Of a stretch of DNA of 49,017 nucleotides, positions 35,436 through 48,182 are shown in pieces (positions within the stretch are counted from its first letter, which is position 1; every line of letters begins with the position of its first letter). Source of the DNA: Girardia tigrina (taxonomy: Eukaryota). Under the pieces are notes generated by a model that was not told where the DNA came from, ran no database searches, and saw only the letters and a program-made list of their open reading frames with translations. Where the stretch lies: positions 1-49,017 of the forward strand of contig MQRK01219238.1 in assembly GCA_001938485.1 (NCBI GenBank). The letters run 5' to 3'. Made by a program: the position numbers and the translations under genes.

Positions 35436-35827
35436 GATTGTTGTGCGAGGCGTCATCGTCTGATGAAGAAAATAATAAACACAGGAAACTATTTCACCAC
35501 CAACTTCAGTCATCATCATCATCAGATAAATTGACAAATTTTGACAAATATCCTCTTGTTTTGTTGAATAAGCTTGATCCCGTACTTTTAAAGGTTTATT
35601 TACAACAGAATGAAGTTTCCTCTCTCAATAATAATGATGACAACTCCAGCATCAGACATTCGAGAGATTCGTCTGCGGTGATTCCTCATTCATCGCAACA
35701 GTCTGCATCTGTTCCATCATCTGTTGGTGGGGTTTTCCGACTAAACAACGATTCAGTAGTCGTTAATGAAGGGGGGCAGTCCAGCTTAATAAGTAGCGAT
35801 GCTAATCCCGGTGGTTTTGATATATGA
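35436..35827 (+). CDS. Orphan terminal coding exon (acidic SSSDEE, PLVLL/PxVxL, Ser-rich), possibly an alternative last exon of PIAS
   Basis: Pyrimidine tract and TTCTAG acceptor at 35435, about 130 open codons with composition like PIAS exon 3, double TGA, then AT-rich sequence with AATAAA. No in-frame ATG of its own. Confidence 0.55.
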
Positions 35828-37819
35828 TGATGTGGAAACTTTTGATAAATTCTTTTTGTGATATTTACTTATATAAATTATATTATTATCATCAATTTTG
35901 TATAATAATATAATTCTTTCGAATGAAACATGTTGCCATGAATTATGGTATTCAGATGCGCTTGTATATATTTACGTTTATATATAATGTATAAATACCA
36001 ATATACATATATTGTTTGGAGATTTTCAATTTGTGAAGAAAAATAAAGATTGTTTATAAATAAAGTGGTTTTCTCTTTTAATTGTTTTTCATTTGAGTGT
36101 GATGAATATTTTCGAGTGAATTTTGTTTTGTACAAATTGAATCCGCTTAATGGAGAGCTAGTCACCAAATAGGTCCAAATTCAGTAGGGCTGAATCATTT
36201 CCTATGTAAATAATGAGAAATTAGTCATTTTAAAGTACCGAAAAAGCTGGTTAATAGGACTTCTCAGGACATCCACAAACAACTAAATTGTTCTTCAATT
36301 AATAATTTTTAATTAAAAATAAAGTTTGTTTAACTTCACAAAATACTTCGTGCATTCTTTAAAATTTAGATGCACATCACAAACTTTTATCATTTGCCAT
36401 AAAAATCGTTATCATTAGTGTCCTTTGTTGCTACTGTACTTGTACATAATGTATTTTTAATTTAAATGATTCTCAGCAAGTTAAACTATCACTAATGGGA
36501 GAGTTCATAATTAGCCAACGTCAATTAGAATTTGGATTTTATGTATAAAAAAACCTAACCTTACAACCAGCAAAATGTTAGAAAGAACAATTCCAAATAT
36601 CATTTCTAATAACTGTTCAAGTTCCTTGGATATTGGGTCTTCGGAAAAGTTATATCGCAACTCTTCAAAATGTAACAATTCAATCTTTATCCTTTAATAT
36701 ACAAATAAACGTATCTTTCATTCTACAGTATTCTAACCCATTTAAATTTGGAAAAAAGGAAAAGCATTAAACAAATTTTCACAAAACGAAACTGATGAGG
36801 CTGTTTTCGAAATCGATTTATACGTCTTCACATACAAATACACAGTTCTATACTTTATAAAAAGTGAGTCGACTGTTTAGATCTAGGTATAAAAAATTAA
36901 TTCTTATCGAGTTTCAGAACTAATGATATGGTACAGATAATAAGCGACCATCCTATTCCAACATACTTTGGCTTCACAATATGGATACAAATTTTCAATC
37001 AGCAGAAAACATCTTAAGAGATCTCGGCATCCCATTAGACTATGTTTAGAATATATCTTTGTAACTTTCTCAGTTTCAATGAATCTCTCAAACCAAGAAT
37101 TAATCTCGACAATCCTTTAGACTTCATAACCAAGGTCATACTTTAGAATAATACTTTAGTCACCCCTTAGAATAACTTTAACAATGAAATCATGAATGGA
37201 TACATCCCCTTCGATATATTTCATTATTCCAAACAGACAATTAGACAATAATTTCTTTAACTATTCTTTTTCGGGCTGATAGAATGAAACTTATCCTGAA
37301 AATTTCATTGATTTCTGGAAACAATTATAAACATCAGCAACAGCTTAGAAACCATAAAATATCATCGCAAACATCTCTAATTTTCTTATAAAATGGTTCG
37401 GAAATTCGGTAGTTATGTCACCCAAAAAAACTACCTATATTGCTCTGATCAGATTGCATGTATCACCATAGAAAGCGGAAACTTCACATGGTTTATTGAA
37501 ATAAAATGATTACTTTAATATACAAGTAGACCTTCAAAGATTAAATGTATTGCAGGGAATTACGTGTCTGTTCACAGTGTTTTGTTGAATCATACTTTCA
37601 GGAAAATCAAAAGTTTCTTTTACTAATCTTAATTACACTTGATTCTTTATCATAAAAATACGAAATTATTATAATCTAAAAATTTAGTCTAATTAACATT
37701 TCACCCGTTGAAATTTTTTATCATCGACAATTAAATCCTTTGATTTTTTGAGAAAAATATTGTGAAGTACAATATATTCCGTTTTTATGCGATTTTGAAA
37801 AAATATTATGTAATAAAAA

Positions 37820-38479
37820 GCTTCCAGTTCATTGAATTGCCAACAAGAAAGCTTTGGAGCAACAGCATTTTTCCCAGAATTGTTTAATCGATATTTTACT
37901 CCAGAAGTTATGAAATATTTACTAGTGATTTAATGAAATGGAAAATCCTACCAGAAGAAATATAATCTGTAGAAATTATATCTTAGGTCATGAAATCGGT
38001 GGAGTGGGATTTTAAACATCATGCAATGAAGATATTGATGAGCTACTTTTGGACCAGCACTAAATGATGAAGACTTAATGGAAATTTTATTAAACATTTC
38101 CACTGAAATTGGAAATGAAATCGAATAGGAAGATGAAAACCTTAGATGTAAATCGAAAAGGTATTCAGATGTGTAGTGAATTAGAAAATTATTATCTGAC
38201 CAATGATCGAAATGCAGAGCGGGCTTTGAAATTCCAACGTGAACTTAATTTCTGAATGTCAAGCTATCGGGAATTGTATAAACAAGAGTCTAAACCGGCT
38301 AAGCTAAAACTCTTTGGAATTAGTACCCTTTTTATGTGATTTTATTGCATTATATCATATTTATGTGGTTATTAGAAATTTTGGAACGTATATATGGTTT
38401 TACTATAGAATTAGTATCCTTTTTATGTGGTTTTTATGCTGTTCTTGCGGAATGTATCTTTCGCATAAAAAAACTTCTG
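37820..38479 (+). mobile_element. pogo/Tigger transposase C-terminal remnant and 3' end
   Basis: Broken reading GHEIGG(V)GF...EDIDELL...LNDEDLME...NDRNAERALKFQRELNF*MSSYRELYK. Ends ...cgcataaaaaaacttctg|TA. Confidence 0.65.
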
Positions 38480-38814
38480 TACTATAAGTTTTGGGGGTTC
38501 GGTTAACACTTAAGATTTAAAAATGTATGTTTTATTTTATTTTGAAAGTGTATTTCTGTAACATAGAAGAAATAAAGTTTAATAAAGGAGGTTGGTCAAC
38601 GTATTAGAAAACGTTAAGGTACAAGACATCTATTTCTAATAAAAATTTTGAATAGAAATCCTATTATAAAAATCCTACTACACAAAATACTCTTAAATCA
38701 TTAGTGAACAAAACTGTCTAAAAAATTGTCTTAAAAACTTCAATCAGCATGACCGTTTAGTACAAATCCAGAGTGTCCACATGAAACAAAGAACATCTAA
38801 CTACTTCCCTTTAA

Positions 38815-39032
38815 CCCTTAATAACCTAGAGTTTCAATTTTGATACCAATCTTTTAAACCGAATGTTCACATTACTATTAGTTTTTTTTATAGATTGGCT
38901 GTACGTATTTTACTGTTGTATAATATTCTTTCCAACGAAATTAAAAAAAGCTATTTTTCCCTTCATCTAGACCCTCAAGAAAACACAGTAATATTAAAAA
39001 TAAATCACTTTCGTAAATCAGGCTACTAAGGG
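38815..39032. mobile_element. piggyBac-type MITE (218 bp)
   Basis: TTAA|CCCTTAATAACCT ... AGGCTACTAAGGG|TTAA. Confidence 0.7.
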
Positions 39033-39709
39033 TTAAGAAATAACGACTTCTTTTCTTTAAATTTATAAATTGTTTTGCAGATTAAACAGAGCTGCTTAAA
39101 CTCTTAGATTTGATCACTTCCTTTTCTAAAAATTGGGTCGTATAGATAAATAACTTATATAAATATAGAATTTTCGTGCGTGCTGAGTATGTGGAAGCAT
39201 AGTTATTTATTTATGATTAATATTTCTTAAAACTTATTGTATTTAAATTTTTTTAATCAATATAATTGATTTATAGAATTTCAAATAAAAAATTTAAATA
39301 AAGAAATAATACAATAAATTGTTAATTAATTAATTGATTAAAGAATTAACAATTTCTTCATACAAAAAATTCCTTCAAACCAAACGATGATGCTTTTTAT
39401 ATTTTCTAGTTTCCTTTTATATATTCCGGTTAAGTTAATCACAAATTTTAAACTGATATACTGTTCGAGTAAATGTAAAGTGAGGAATATTTTGAATGTT
39501 TGATATTTTGTGTTTGAATGTTGTATGTTTATTTGGAATTGTATTTCTCCTACCAAAATGGATGATTAATATTTTAATTCATATTATCTGAAAATATGGT
39601 ATGTTTAAAATTATTTCTAATTTAAAATAATTGAAAAATTTTAAATAAATTTATTGATTTTATTTACAATTTTTAAATAAATTAAATTAATATTTAATTA
39701 ATATATACA

Positions 39710-40260
39710 CTGTGCTAACGACTCGGAACTTGAAAACTATGGAAGACTACAACTAAAGATTAAGATTGAAAGAATACAGAAAACAGTGGACTTTTGTGGT
39801 TAAAGATTTGGAACCCGAAATGATTGCAGGAATGGATTTTCTAAATAAATTCAGCATAAAACTAAAGAAAGAAACAAGATACAACGAAGGAGTGCTGGTA
39901 ATACGCGATACTTTAACTGATGGAGACAGACTTAAAAGAATAAGATAAATATACGCAGATAAGATAGATGAACTATTAATGGAATTACTAATAGAACATA
40001 AAACGATATATATGGCGGACAAATGAGATATCGAGAAGACCACACTAACTAAACATAAAATTGAGACGCTAGGAGAACCAATACTGGTAAAACCGTACCG
40101 ACAGCCAAAATACTTCGATGAAAAACTGGATGATATTATCATGAATTATTAGGAAAGTGATATAATTGAAAATTGAAGTTTTCCGTGAAATTTTCTGCTA
40201 GTATGCGTTTGGAAAAAAGACAAACAGGCTATTCGAGTATGTGTTGATTTCCGAAAGACT
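39710..40260 (+). mobile_element. Ty3/Gypsy protease-RT junction remnant
   Basis: EMIAGMDFLNKF...HKIETLGEPILVKPYRQP...LVCVWKKDKQAIRVCVDFRK, with stops. Confidence 0.88.
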
Positions 40261-40400
40261 GAAAGATAGGCTGAGAGACGTGAAATCTGTTGCTGTTGTT
40301 TGTGACCAGACGGCGGATACTGAAGATCGTTACGTATTTAACGTGCTTGCTATCATTTGTCTAAAAGAAAATGACCATGCCATACATGAACGAGAAGTAC
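40260..40400 (+). mobile_element. hAT-like transposase fragment (first catalytic D region)
   Basis: VAVVCDQTADTEDRYVFNVL resembles the hAT DE(T/S)TD...R...N motif. Confidence 0.45.
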
Positions 40401-41592
40401 AAACTGTGCGCCTTTTTTCTCGATTGGATCATTCTGACATCAAAAAACTTTTAGACGGTCAGGGAAGCTGCATTTAATTGATAACTTCATATTTTTTGTT
40501 AATCTTTGTCGCTGTCCTGTTTTCTTGAGACATTTTTTCTCATTATATCGACAAAGATTGATTGACGAATTTCTTTAAATCGATTTTCTGAATAACTCAG
40601 CCCTTCCTTTTTCCACTTCCTTGCCAAATGTCCTTCAAAATACTTCTCACTTCTGTCTAGAATTTAAGAACATATCTGTGTTTTTATGAATAAGGACAAT
40701 TAAACTGGGCAAGTCGTTTAATAATATAAAAAAATTTTACTGTTTAAAAAATGTAAAATGCGTCCTTAAAGTAGTTGAGAAGTTGATCGATGTCTGGACA
40801 TGAATCGAGATCTATCAGCTCTTCGTAGACGCGAACTTTGTCTTCCTTGGGAACATAGGCCTAAGTGACTAGCATTCGGATGTGAATCGCATAGTCTAGT
40901 TCGTTGTTGTACCTTTCAGCATAACCATACTCTTGAACTTTACACCAGATGAATTGTCCGAAATGAAAGTGGCAGCCATGAATTCAGTGCATTCATTGCA
41001 GCCTGTTCAAAATCTGTGATGACAGTTTGGAGTTTCAATCTTTGTTCGATCTCTCTTAACATTAAGTCCATCACGAGTTCCATGAATGGTGTACAATTGA
41101 GTATATCCAGCTATACTGACCTTGCAAGTTCCGACGGCGAATCATACTATGCATCCGCTAAGGAATTGGAGATCTTCATCGGCTGCAAAGAGTAGAAAGT
41201 TGATGTCATGTCGTAGGAAAGGAAGATCGTTCAACATAATTTGAAGCTCAGTAGAAAGATTATCGTCGACTTGAGGTGGAAGCTGACGATATCACCTGAT
41301 GTTGCGTTTTGTACTTTCCATTTTCGGTACCGATGCTTGACCAGCTAGATTCGAATTTCCCAACGCTGACTGGATAATCACTCTTACTGGTTCTTCAGTT
41401 TCGTTTGAACGTCGTCTGATGGTTGATTGCACTTGAGTCTTTTCAAGTTGACCAGTAGATGCTTCGTGAGAATGTTGAGATGGTAGTTTTAACATCTCTC
41501 CATTGGCAGTATGGCGTCCGCCGTTGCAGGATCGATCACAGCATCTCCATATCTCCTTCGGTTTAGTTTTCCTCTTCATATGATAAAGATAA

Positions 41593-43234
41593 CACTGTGT
41601 AACAAAATTTTTATTTTGTCTGCCCGGCTTAAGTTTTCAATGTTTATAGGGTCACTTTTATGCGCTGATCACGATTTTGATCTCCGTTTTTCACCTGTGT
41701 CCCGGCATTTTTCAGAAAATCAAAAATGATAAACTNNNNNNNNNNNNNNNNNNNNNNNNNNNNNNNNNNNNNNNNNNNNNNNNNNNNNNNNNNNNNNNNN
41801 NNNNNNNNNNNNNNNNNNNNNNNNNNNNNNNNNNNNNNNNNNNNNNNNNNNNNNNNNNNNNNNNNNNNNNNNNNNNNNNNNNNNNNNNNNNNNNNNNNNN
41901 NNNNNNNNNNNNNNNNNNNNNNNNNNNNNNNNNNNNNNNNNNNNNNNNNNNNNNNNNNNNNNNNNNNNNNNNNNNNNNNNNNNNNNNNNNNNNNNNNNNN
42001 NNNNNNNNNNNNNNNNNNNNNNNNNNNNNNNNNNNNNNNNNNNNAAAGTGAATGATACAAAGTGAATGATACAAAGTGAATGATACAAAGTGAATGATAC
42101 AAAGTGAATGATACAAAAGTGAATGATACAAAATTTAATGATACAATGCGAATGATACAAAGTGAATGATACAAAGTATTGAATTATTATTCAGTCCTAC
42201 ACAATGAGACAATCTCGAAAGAACAACAATGAAGTCAATCAAAAGTGCACATTTGATCGAAACTGTCTGTTGTAAAGAGATTCACCACTTCTCATCAAAT
42301 TCCAGACATAATCGCCCATCATTGAAGCATTCCAGCGTCCTTGATATCGCTCTTCCATGACTTTTATGTCTTGGTGAAAGNNNNNNNNNNNNNNNNNNNC
42401 TGATATCACCCATATTGTCACTGAAGAAATCCAAATGTGAGTGAAGGAAATGTAGTTTGAGTGACATTCTGCATCCCAGCTGCTTGTACCGCAGCAGTAA
42501 GTCATTGACCAGCTGTTTGTAATTATCACTTTTAGAGTGTCCCAAAAATCCATTGACAACATTTCTCAAGGAACACCAAGCTCTCTTCTCCACTGGCTTA
42601 ATTTTGCTCTGGAGCTCTTGAGATGCAAGCATTTTCCTCACTTGAGAGCCAATAAAGACCCCCTCATTAATTTTCGCGTCTGTAACTTTGGGAAACATAC
42701 CTCGAATGAACGTAAGAGTAGGGCCATCTCTGTCCAGCGCTTTGATAAATTGCTTTATCAAACCCAAAGTGATGTGAAGCGGTGGCAATAGCACCTTTTC
42801 CCTTTGGACTTAAGGGTGTATGTGCAACATTGTGAGTCCCAGCAACCATTTGCTGTCTTAGAGGCCATTTCTTTGCCACGTAGTGTTTAGACGTAGCTCT
42901 ACTATCCCACAAGCATAAAAAGCAACAATACTTTGTATATCCTCCTTGTAAGCCAGTCAAAAATCCCAACATTTTGAAATCTCCACATATACATATACAA
43001 GAGGGTATATACATCTGCTAATGAAAAATAGAAGCCCGGCAGAAAAAGAATTTAGACAAAAACTTTGAAATATGGCTGTAATAAAAATGAAATATCAAAA
43101 AATGTTTATTTTTTCAAATTTTTGCCAAACCAAGGACGGAGGAAAAAAATGATTATCGGATTCGTTTTCAGCGTGTCAAAATGGTATAGGACACGAATAA
43201 ATTAACAGCCGGGCAAAAAATGTGTTACACTGTG
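41593..43234 (-). mobile_element. Chapaev3 (CMC; RAG1/Transib-related) DNA transposon, internally deleted, transposase remnant 42239-43000
   Basis: Ends CACTGTGTAACA...GCCCGGCT and AGCCGGGC...TGTTACACTGTG, with a 3-bp TAA TSD (41590-41592, 43235-43237). Protein motifs GDFKM..GLQGGYTKYCCFLCLWDSR, LPPLHITLG, MSLKLHFLHSHLDFF and FHQDIKVMEERYQG. Confidence 0.9.
42045..42176. repeat. 14-bp minisatellite (AAAGTGAATGATAC)n inside Chapaev3, running into an N gap
   Basis: Directly visible tandem units. Confidence 0.95.
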
Positions 43235-44658
43235 TAATCTTCGTACACCAACATTCTTTTATTTTTTTCTGATGCAAAATATTCTAAAGCCATATCTCTA
43301 AGCTCCAAAATTTTTTAAGTATTTTAAATAAGAAATTAAACTTGTTTATATACACATCCAATCATATATTATGAACCACATTGTAAACTTTTAAAAATAC
43401 ATTAAATTTTAATTTTTAACAATTATTTTAAACATATTATCTTATAATAAATATTAAAAATTCGATTTGAATTAGTATTACATATTACTTATAAACATGA
43501 ATTAAAAGGATAATATTAATAACACTAAATTTGTTGCGGTCGGAAACTCGTTTAAACACCGTCACACATTAGCATATATATATGATATAAAATATAATTT
43601 ATAAAGAAGAAAGGCAAAGGTATATAATACATATATTTGAAACTTGAAAAAGAGTAGAGAAATAGACAAATTAGATGATCAGCGAGAGTTGTGAGGATAG
43701 TCCAACGAGTAGGGTCTGTCGGTGTCGTCTCCGGTACGTCTGATTTCTTTGCATTCTCCACATAACATTGTCGATACATCGTAGAGAGTGAAATATTACA
43801 TAAATGAATAAAAATACGCCATGTCATATTAAAACTCACCCGATGGTTAGAATCGAGCAGCTGGACATCTCCGGTAAGCTCCTGTCGTCAGTTTTTCATA
43901 ATCGATTCCCGATTCGGAGTCAGATCATCTGGGCAAAAGATATGACCCCGAAATACAATGAAAAGTTAATTAAAATAGAAGAAATTAATTAAGAATTACT
44001 GTGAGTCAACCATAAGTCCAAAAATAATAATACGCGATTAATCAGCATGATTAACCGGTGATTAATTTAGACCATGTGTAGTGTTCACTAAATCATTCTG
44101 CAAGTTAAAACCGTGCATCCATATTGGTGACGACAACTGCGACATTCCTGTCAATCATATAGCGAAACGCAATGTCACATTCGCACCTTGGGTCCAAATA
44201 TCTGATGCCTCTTCTGCCATTCCTATTAAGCCTGCATCTGTATAACCATGATGTCTCCGCATCTCAAAAAGGGGGCTGATGTAATGTTCACTAAATCGTA
44301 TCAGCAGCAGCAACCAATTAAGAGTTTTTTTCCAAGTGATATATAATCTAATTTTTTGATTTTTAATTTTGAAAAAATTTCTTAATTGGATTTGTGACCC
44401 CTGAAATTTTTGGCTGAGAAAAATTCAGACGTACATTAGAAAATTTTTAATTCAATTAATTTCAATTTTTAATTAATTTAATTCAATTAATTTCAATTTT
44501 TAATTCAATTAAAAATTTAAAAAATGATCAAAAAAATTATTATCGAAAATTTTGAATGAATTAATTTTTGTATTGTTTAAATATATTCCAATTATTATCG
44601 CGTTCTTTAAATTTGTTTTCTTTGTAATTAAATATTTGAAACCATTCTATTAACAAGA

Positions 44659-45186
44659 ATGTTTCTGTTTCAAAAAGCGATAAACAATGATTTTTCTAAC
44701 ATCTCATATGAAGAAATTTTTGGAAAGAATAAATTCAAGAAAAAACAAGATCATCGATCTTGGTTTTATCGATTTTTTATCGGTCGTTTGCCGATGGAAT
44801 TCGAACGGGAATCCGTCGATCCCGATTATCGAAAATATCTGATCGCGAATCGCCGCCACAACAGGCGACTATTCGTACTTGGCAACGGTGCAATACGATC
44901 CACGATGTCTCAATGTCGGCCAGTCCAGAGAACGATCCCTGTCGATTTATTCGGAATTTCTCGATCCGAAATGCGGTCGGAGTCTGTGGACGACACGTTT
45001 GACCGGGACGGACTCGATAATTTTACTACCATGTTTTCTAAGAATGACAGAACACTGTCAAAAATCGGCATGCGTTGTAGATTCCGGCAAATGAAAATCG
45101 AGAATGACCAATTTGAGCCAATAGAATACTTTCGCGATGAAAATAACACGACGGTACACATAACAAGCAGAACAGCACCGTTATAA
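44659..45186 (+). other. 175-aa ORF of uncertain status; N-terminus weakly TBC-domain-like, probably another chimeric gene fragment
   Basis: Good ATG context and coding-like composition. HRSWFYRFFIGRLP recalls the TBC R..xW..LLG.LP start, but no downstream TBC motif is present. Confidence 0.3.
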
Positions 45187-46544
45187 ATACTAAATTCATT
45201 CGCAGCACAAAAACAACTAAAAACAAGAACTGAACAACAACTAAAAAACAGAACAAAAAAATTAACGCTGAAACATTAGCATTAAGTAGATAACAGTATC
45301 AGACGAGTATCAGACAGAAAACGACCATCTAGAACCTACGAACGAGTAGACGAATCACGAGAATAATTCCGCAGAATAATTAGCGAAACAGACGCATTTT
45401 CCTTCGAACCGAGAATACTAAATATAAGGTAAATTTCGTACTGTTTATTAGGTTTAATTTTTTCCTATTGAATATACGTATTTTACGATATTGTATCTTA
45501 CATATTTTATTAGTATATTTACCTAAATAGTTCCGAATTTAGATTTGCTCGATTCCGCACTTGGTGGACTAGTACAGAGCCCTTAAGTTAATCGTCATTG
45601 TTTCCCGTCCTCGTGGTGAAGCTTCCCAGAATATGGTGTCTAAATCGGACGCTCACGACCCGGTATATCTGCAAAACAATTGGATTAAAAATACAGGCAT
45701 TGATTCGTTGATTGTTGAAGGAATTCTTGTCACCCAAACGGCGTTAACCAGAAAATTTATTAACAGTTCCAAAAATATGATAGATATCCAGATCGATTAG
45801 GAGACGAATTAATGGCTAATAGGACAAATCATTTTTATGAGGACCCATTGTCATTGAGAATCAAATCATTAGTAATATGTGAGACAAGTGGTAACCAGTT
45901 GAGAAATGACTGGGTGAATAATGTGACTCAATGAGCGGAGTGAGAGAGAACAGCTGTGTATTACACGTTGATTAATAGAAATTGTAGTGCCCTACTTATG
46001 TCCTGGATATTTTTTTTATGTATGCATGTTTTTTTTATTTGCCTTTGTGCCTTGTGATTTATTTATTTTTTTTATGTATGTGGAGAATTGTAAGATCAAA
46101 TTTGAAAACTTTTAACGAATGTAAAAGAGAGAGAGTCAAAAATCAAAGTCATCAACAAAATTTTAATAAAAACTGCTTGTTATCTTTTCAATTTTTGGGT
46201 CAGTGAACTTTTATGAAACTGTTTTTTTTATTTTTATTTTATTATAATAATTTTGGCAAATTTGGCACTGCTTGTCAGGTGTTAGGCTTTGGAGAGGCGT
46301 CCGATCCTTACACAGACAAATATATCAGAGGAGACAAATAAATACATAAAATCATTCTGGGTTGTGGTTGACCCTTAATAACCACTGGGGGCTCAAGAGT
46401 CTACAGAATTGTTTAAACTCAGGATGGTCGCGACAAATTTTTTATTTTACTGTTTTTATATGCGACGCATTTTCCTTTTACAAATTGTGCTACGACGAAT
46501 TTTCCGGCAACGAATTGTCCTAGAACTGGTTGAGGATAACATAC

Positions 46545-46920
46545 AGACAAAGACTGAACTGCGTATCTACCTGTCAAGTGTTGGGTACTTGAGGGCAACT
46601 CCACATCTGGTTGACTTCTGGATTGATGCAGGTCTGAAGTCTCCGAAACTGTCAGAAATCGCACTGAGCTGTTTTAGGGCACCGTGATACAGTGTTGCTA
46701 GTGAACGATCTTTCAGTCTATACTCGGATGTGTTGAGAGACAACAGGTGTAGCATTAAGGGCTATAACTTGGCTATATAAAGAACACGTTGTCACAGAAC
46801 TCTAAGTAAGTAGTATTTGGAAAACAAGTTACGTTGTGAATTTGTCGCGAATTTAACACTTTTTATCGCAACTGACCCAGGAATTTTAAACTGTTTTGCC
46901 ACGAAAATTTTACAGCCTTA
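46545..46920 (+). mobile_element. hAT dimerisation-domain (hATC) remnant with probable 3' end
   Basis: ELRIYL...VDFWIDAGLKSPKLSEIALSCFRAP*YSVASERSFSLYSDVLRDNRCSI. Confidence 0.8.
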
Positions 46921-48154
46921 ACATAAACACTTTTGTAAGATGCTACAAAAATCAACTTAATATGTCCTGGAGGAAAGACACTACAACAAAATCTACTTTT
47001 TATCTGAAAAAATAAATTCAATGATATAAAATATAATTATATAATTCAAAGAACTAGAAATTAATTTAAATAGCACCTGTTGGGAGCGTTCATAAAATAT
47101 AAAATTTTTGAAGCTTATCAAATTATTAAATAAACAATTACATTACGTAAAATATTGTTATAAATATGTTAAAATAAGATTTTCAGAAATTTAATGTAAA
47201 AAATTAATTTAAGTAAGAAATAGAATAAATTTTACGGTAGGGTTATTAAAAGCTTTATGTAAAGATTTATTATAAAGTAAAAAAAGTTAATTTCAAATTT
47301 GATGAAAATATTTATTTGAAATAAAATAAAAAGTAATTTAAGTTTGACATTTTATTTGCGAAATAAAAGTAAGCTAAACCCTTTTGGTAAATTTTAAATC
47401 AAAGTAAATTAAAAATGTGGTTATAATTTTTTTTGGAAAATGTAATTATAATTTTTCGGAAATTAAAATTGGAATTAAAAAATAATTATAAAACCATTAA
47501 ATTGACTTAAATAAAAATGCGATTTTAATTTTTTGGAAAATGTAATTGAGAAATAGGAAAATTTAAATGTACCATGAAATTGAAAAATTAATAAAAGACG
47601 TAACAAAATTTTAATTCACTATAATTTTTATTAAAGAAAAATAGAATTTTAATTTGTAAAAAAATATATATTAACCATATTTTATTTATATCTATTTTTA
47701 TTTATATTGGTTGTGTAAAAAAGAAAGTACAAAAGTTCCTCAAAATTATTTGTTTAAAAAATTCAAATTGTTATAGAAATAAATTTTTGTGTTCATGATA
47801 ATGTCTTTTGAACAAGAACTCAATGGCACCAAACTTACAAAAAAATATTATAAACGTAATTCAATCATCATCCTTTTTGTAAGGATACCAATTAATCCAA
47901 GTACTTGAAAAATTCAAAGAGGAACTATTGTATGAGAATTGTTAGATGAATATATTAAAGCATGAAGAAGAGATTTGTTAGGTTTGAATATTTTTTGTTA
48001 ATGTAAAAGAACGAAAATGACTTGAGCATTTTATACATATTTCTTTCAGTGAGCTTACTTTACCAATTTTATACCAACATTCATCCGTCATCAGTAACAC
48101 TGATTCCTCAACTTTGGACCATGGTTTTCGCCATATTTACCGCGGTATCATATT

Positions 48155-48182
48155 TCACCTAACCTAAACCCTAACCCTAGCC
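48155..48182. repeat. Short interstitial telomere-like run (cctaacctaaaccctaaccctag)
   Basis: CCCTAA-type units, similar to those inside the element at 3982-4392. Confidence 0.5.

Larger units (their letters stand above)
40770..43560 (-). mobile_element. FLYWCH-MULE transposase pseudogene interrupted by a Chapaev3 insertion
   Basis: With 41593-43237 removed, the frame from ATG 43293 reads MALEYFASEKNKRMLVYEDYLYHMKRKTKPKEIWRCCDRSC...HSH (FLYWCH), then GTCK...QLYTIHG...GCHFHFGQFIWCKVQEYG. Possible terminus GGTGTTTAAACGAG at 43560. Confidence 0.85.

Noticed and set aside
41644-42174. ORFs with X runs and repetitive peptides
   Set aside because: They come from the N gap 41736-42044 plus the 14-bp minisatellite.
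42045-42176. Regular repeats as a possible CRISPR array (also 21175-21425)
   Set aside because: The units are head-to-tail without unique spacers, the context is eukaryotic and there are no cas genes.
43660-44340. Exon-like, GC-richer blocks on the - strand
   Set aside because: No consistent spliced frame or recognisable domain could be built.
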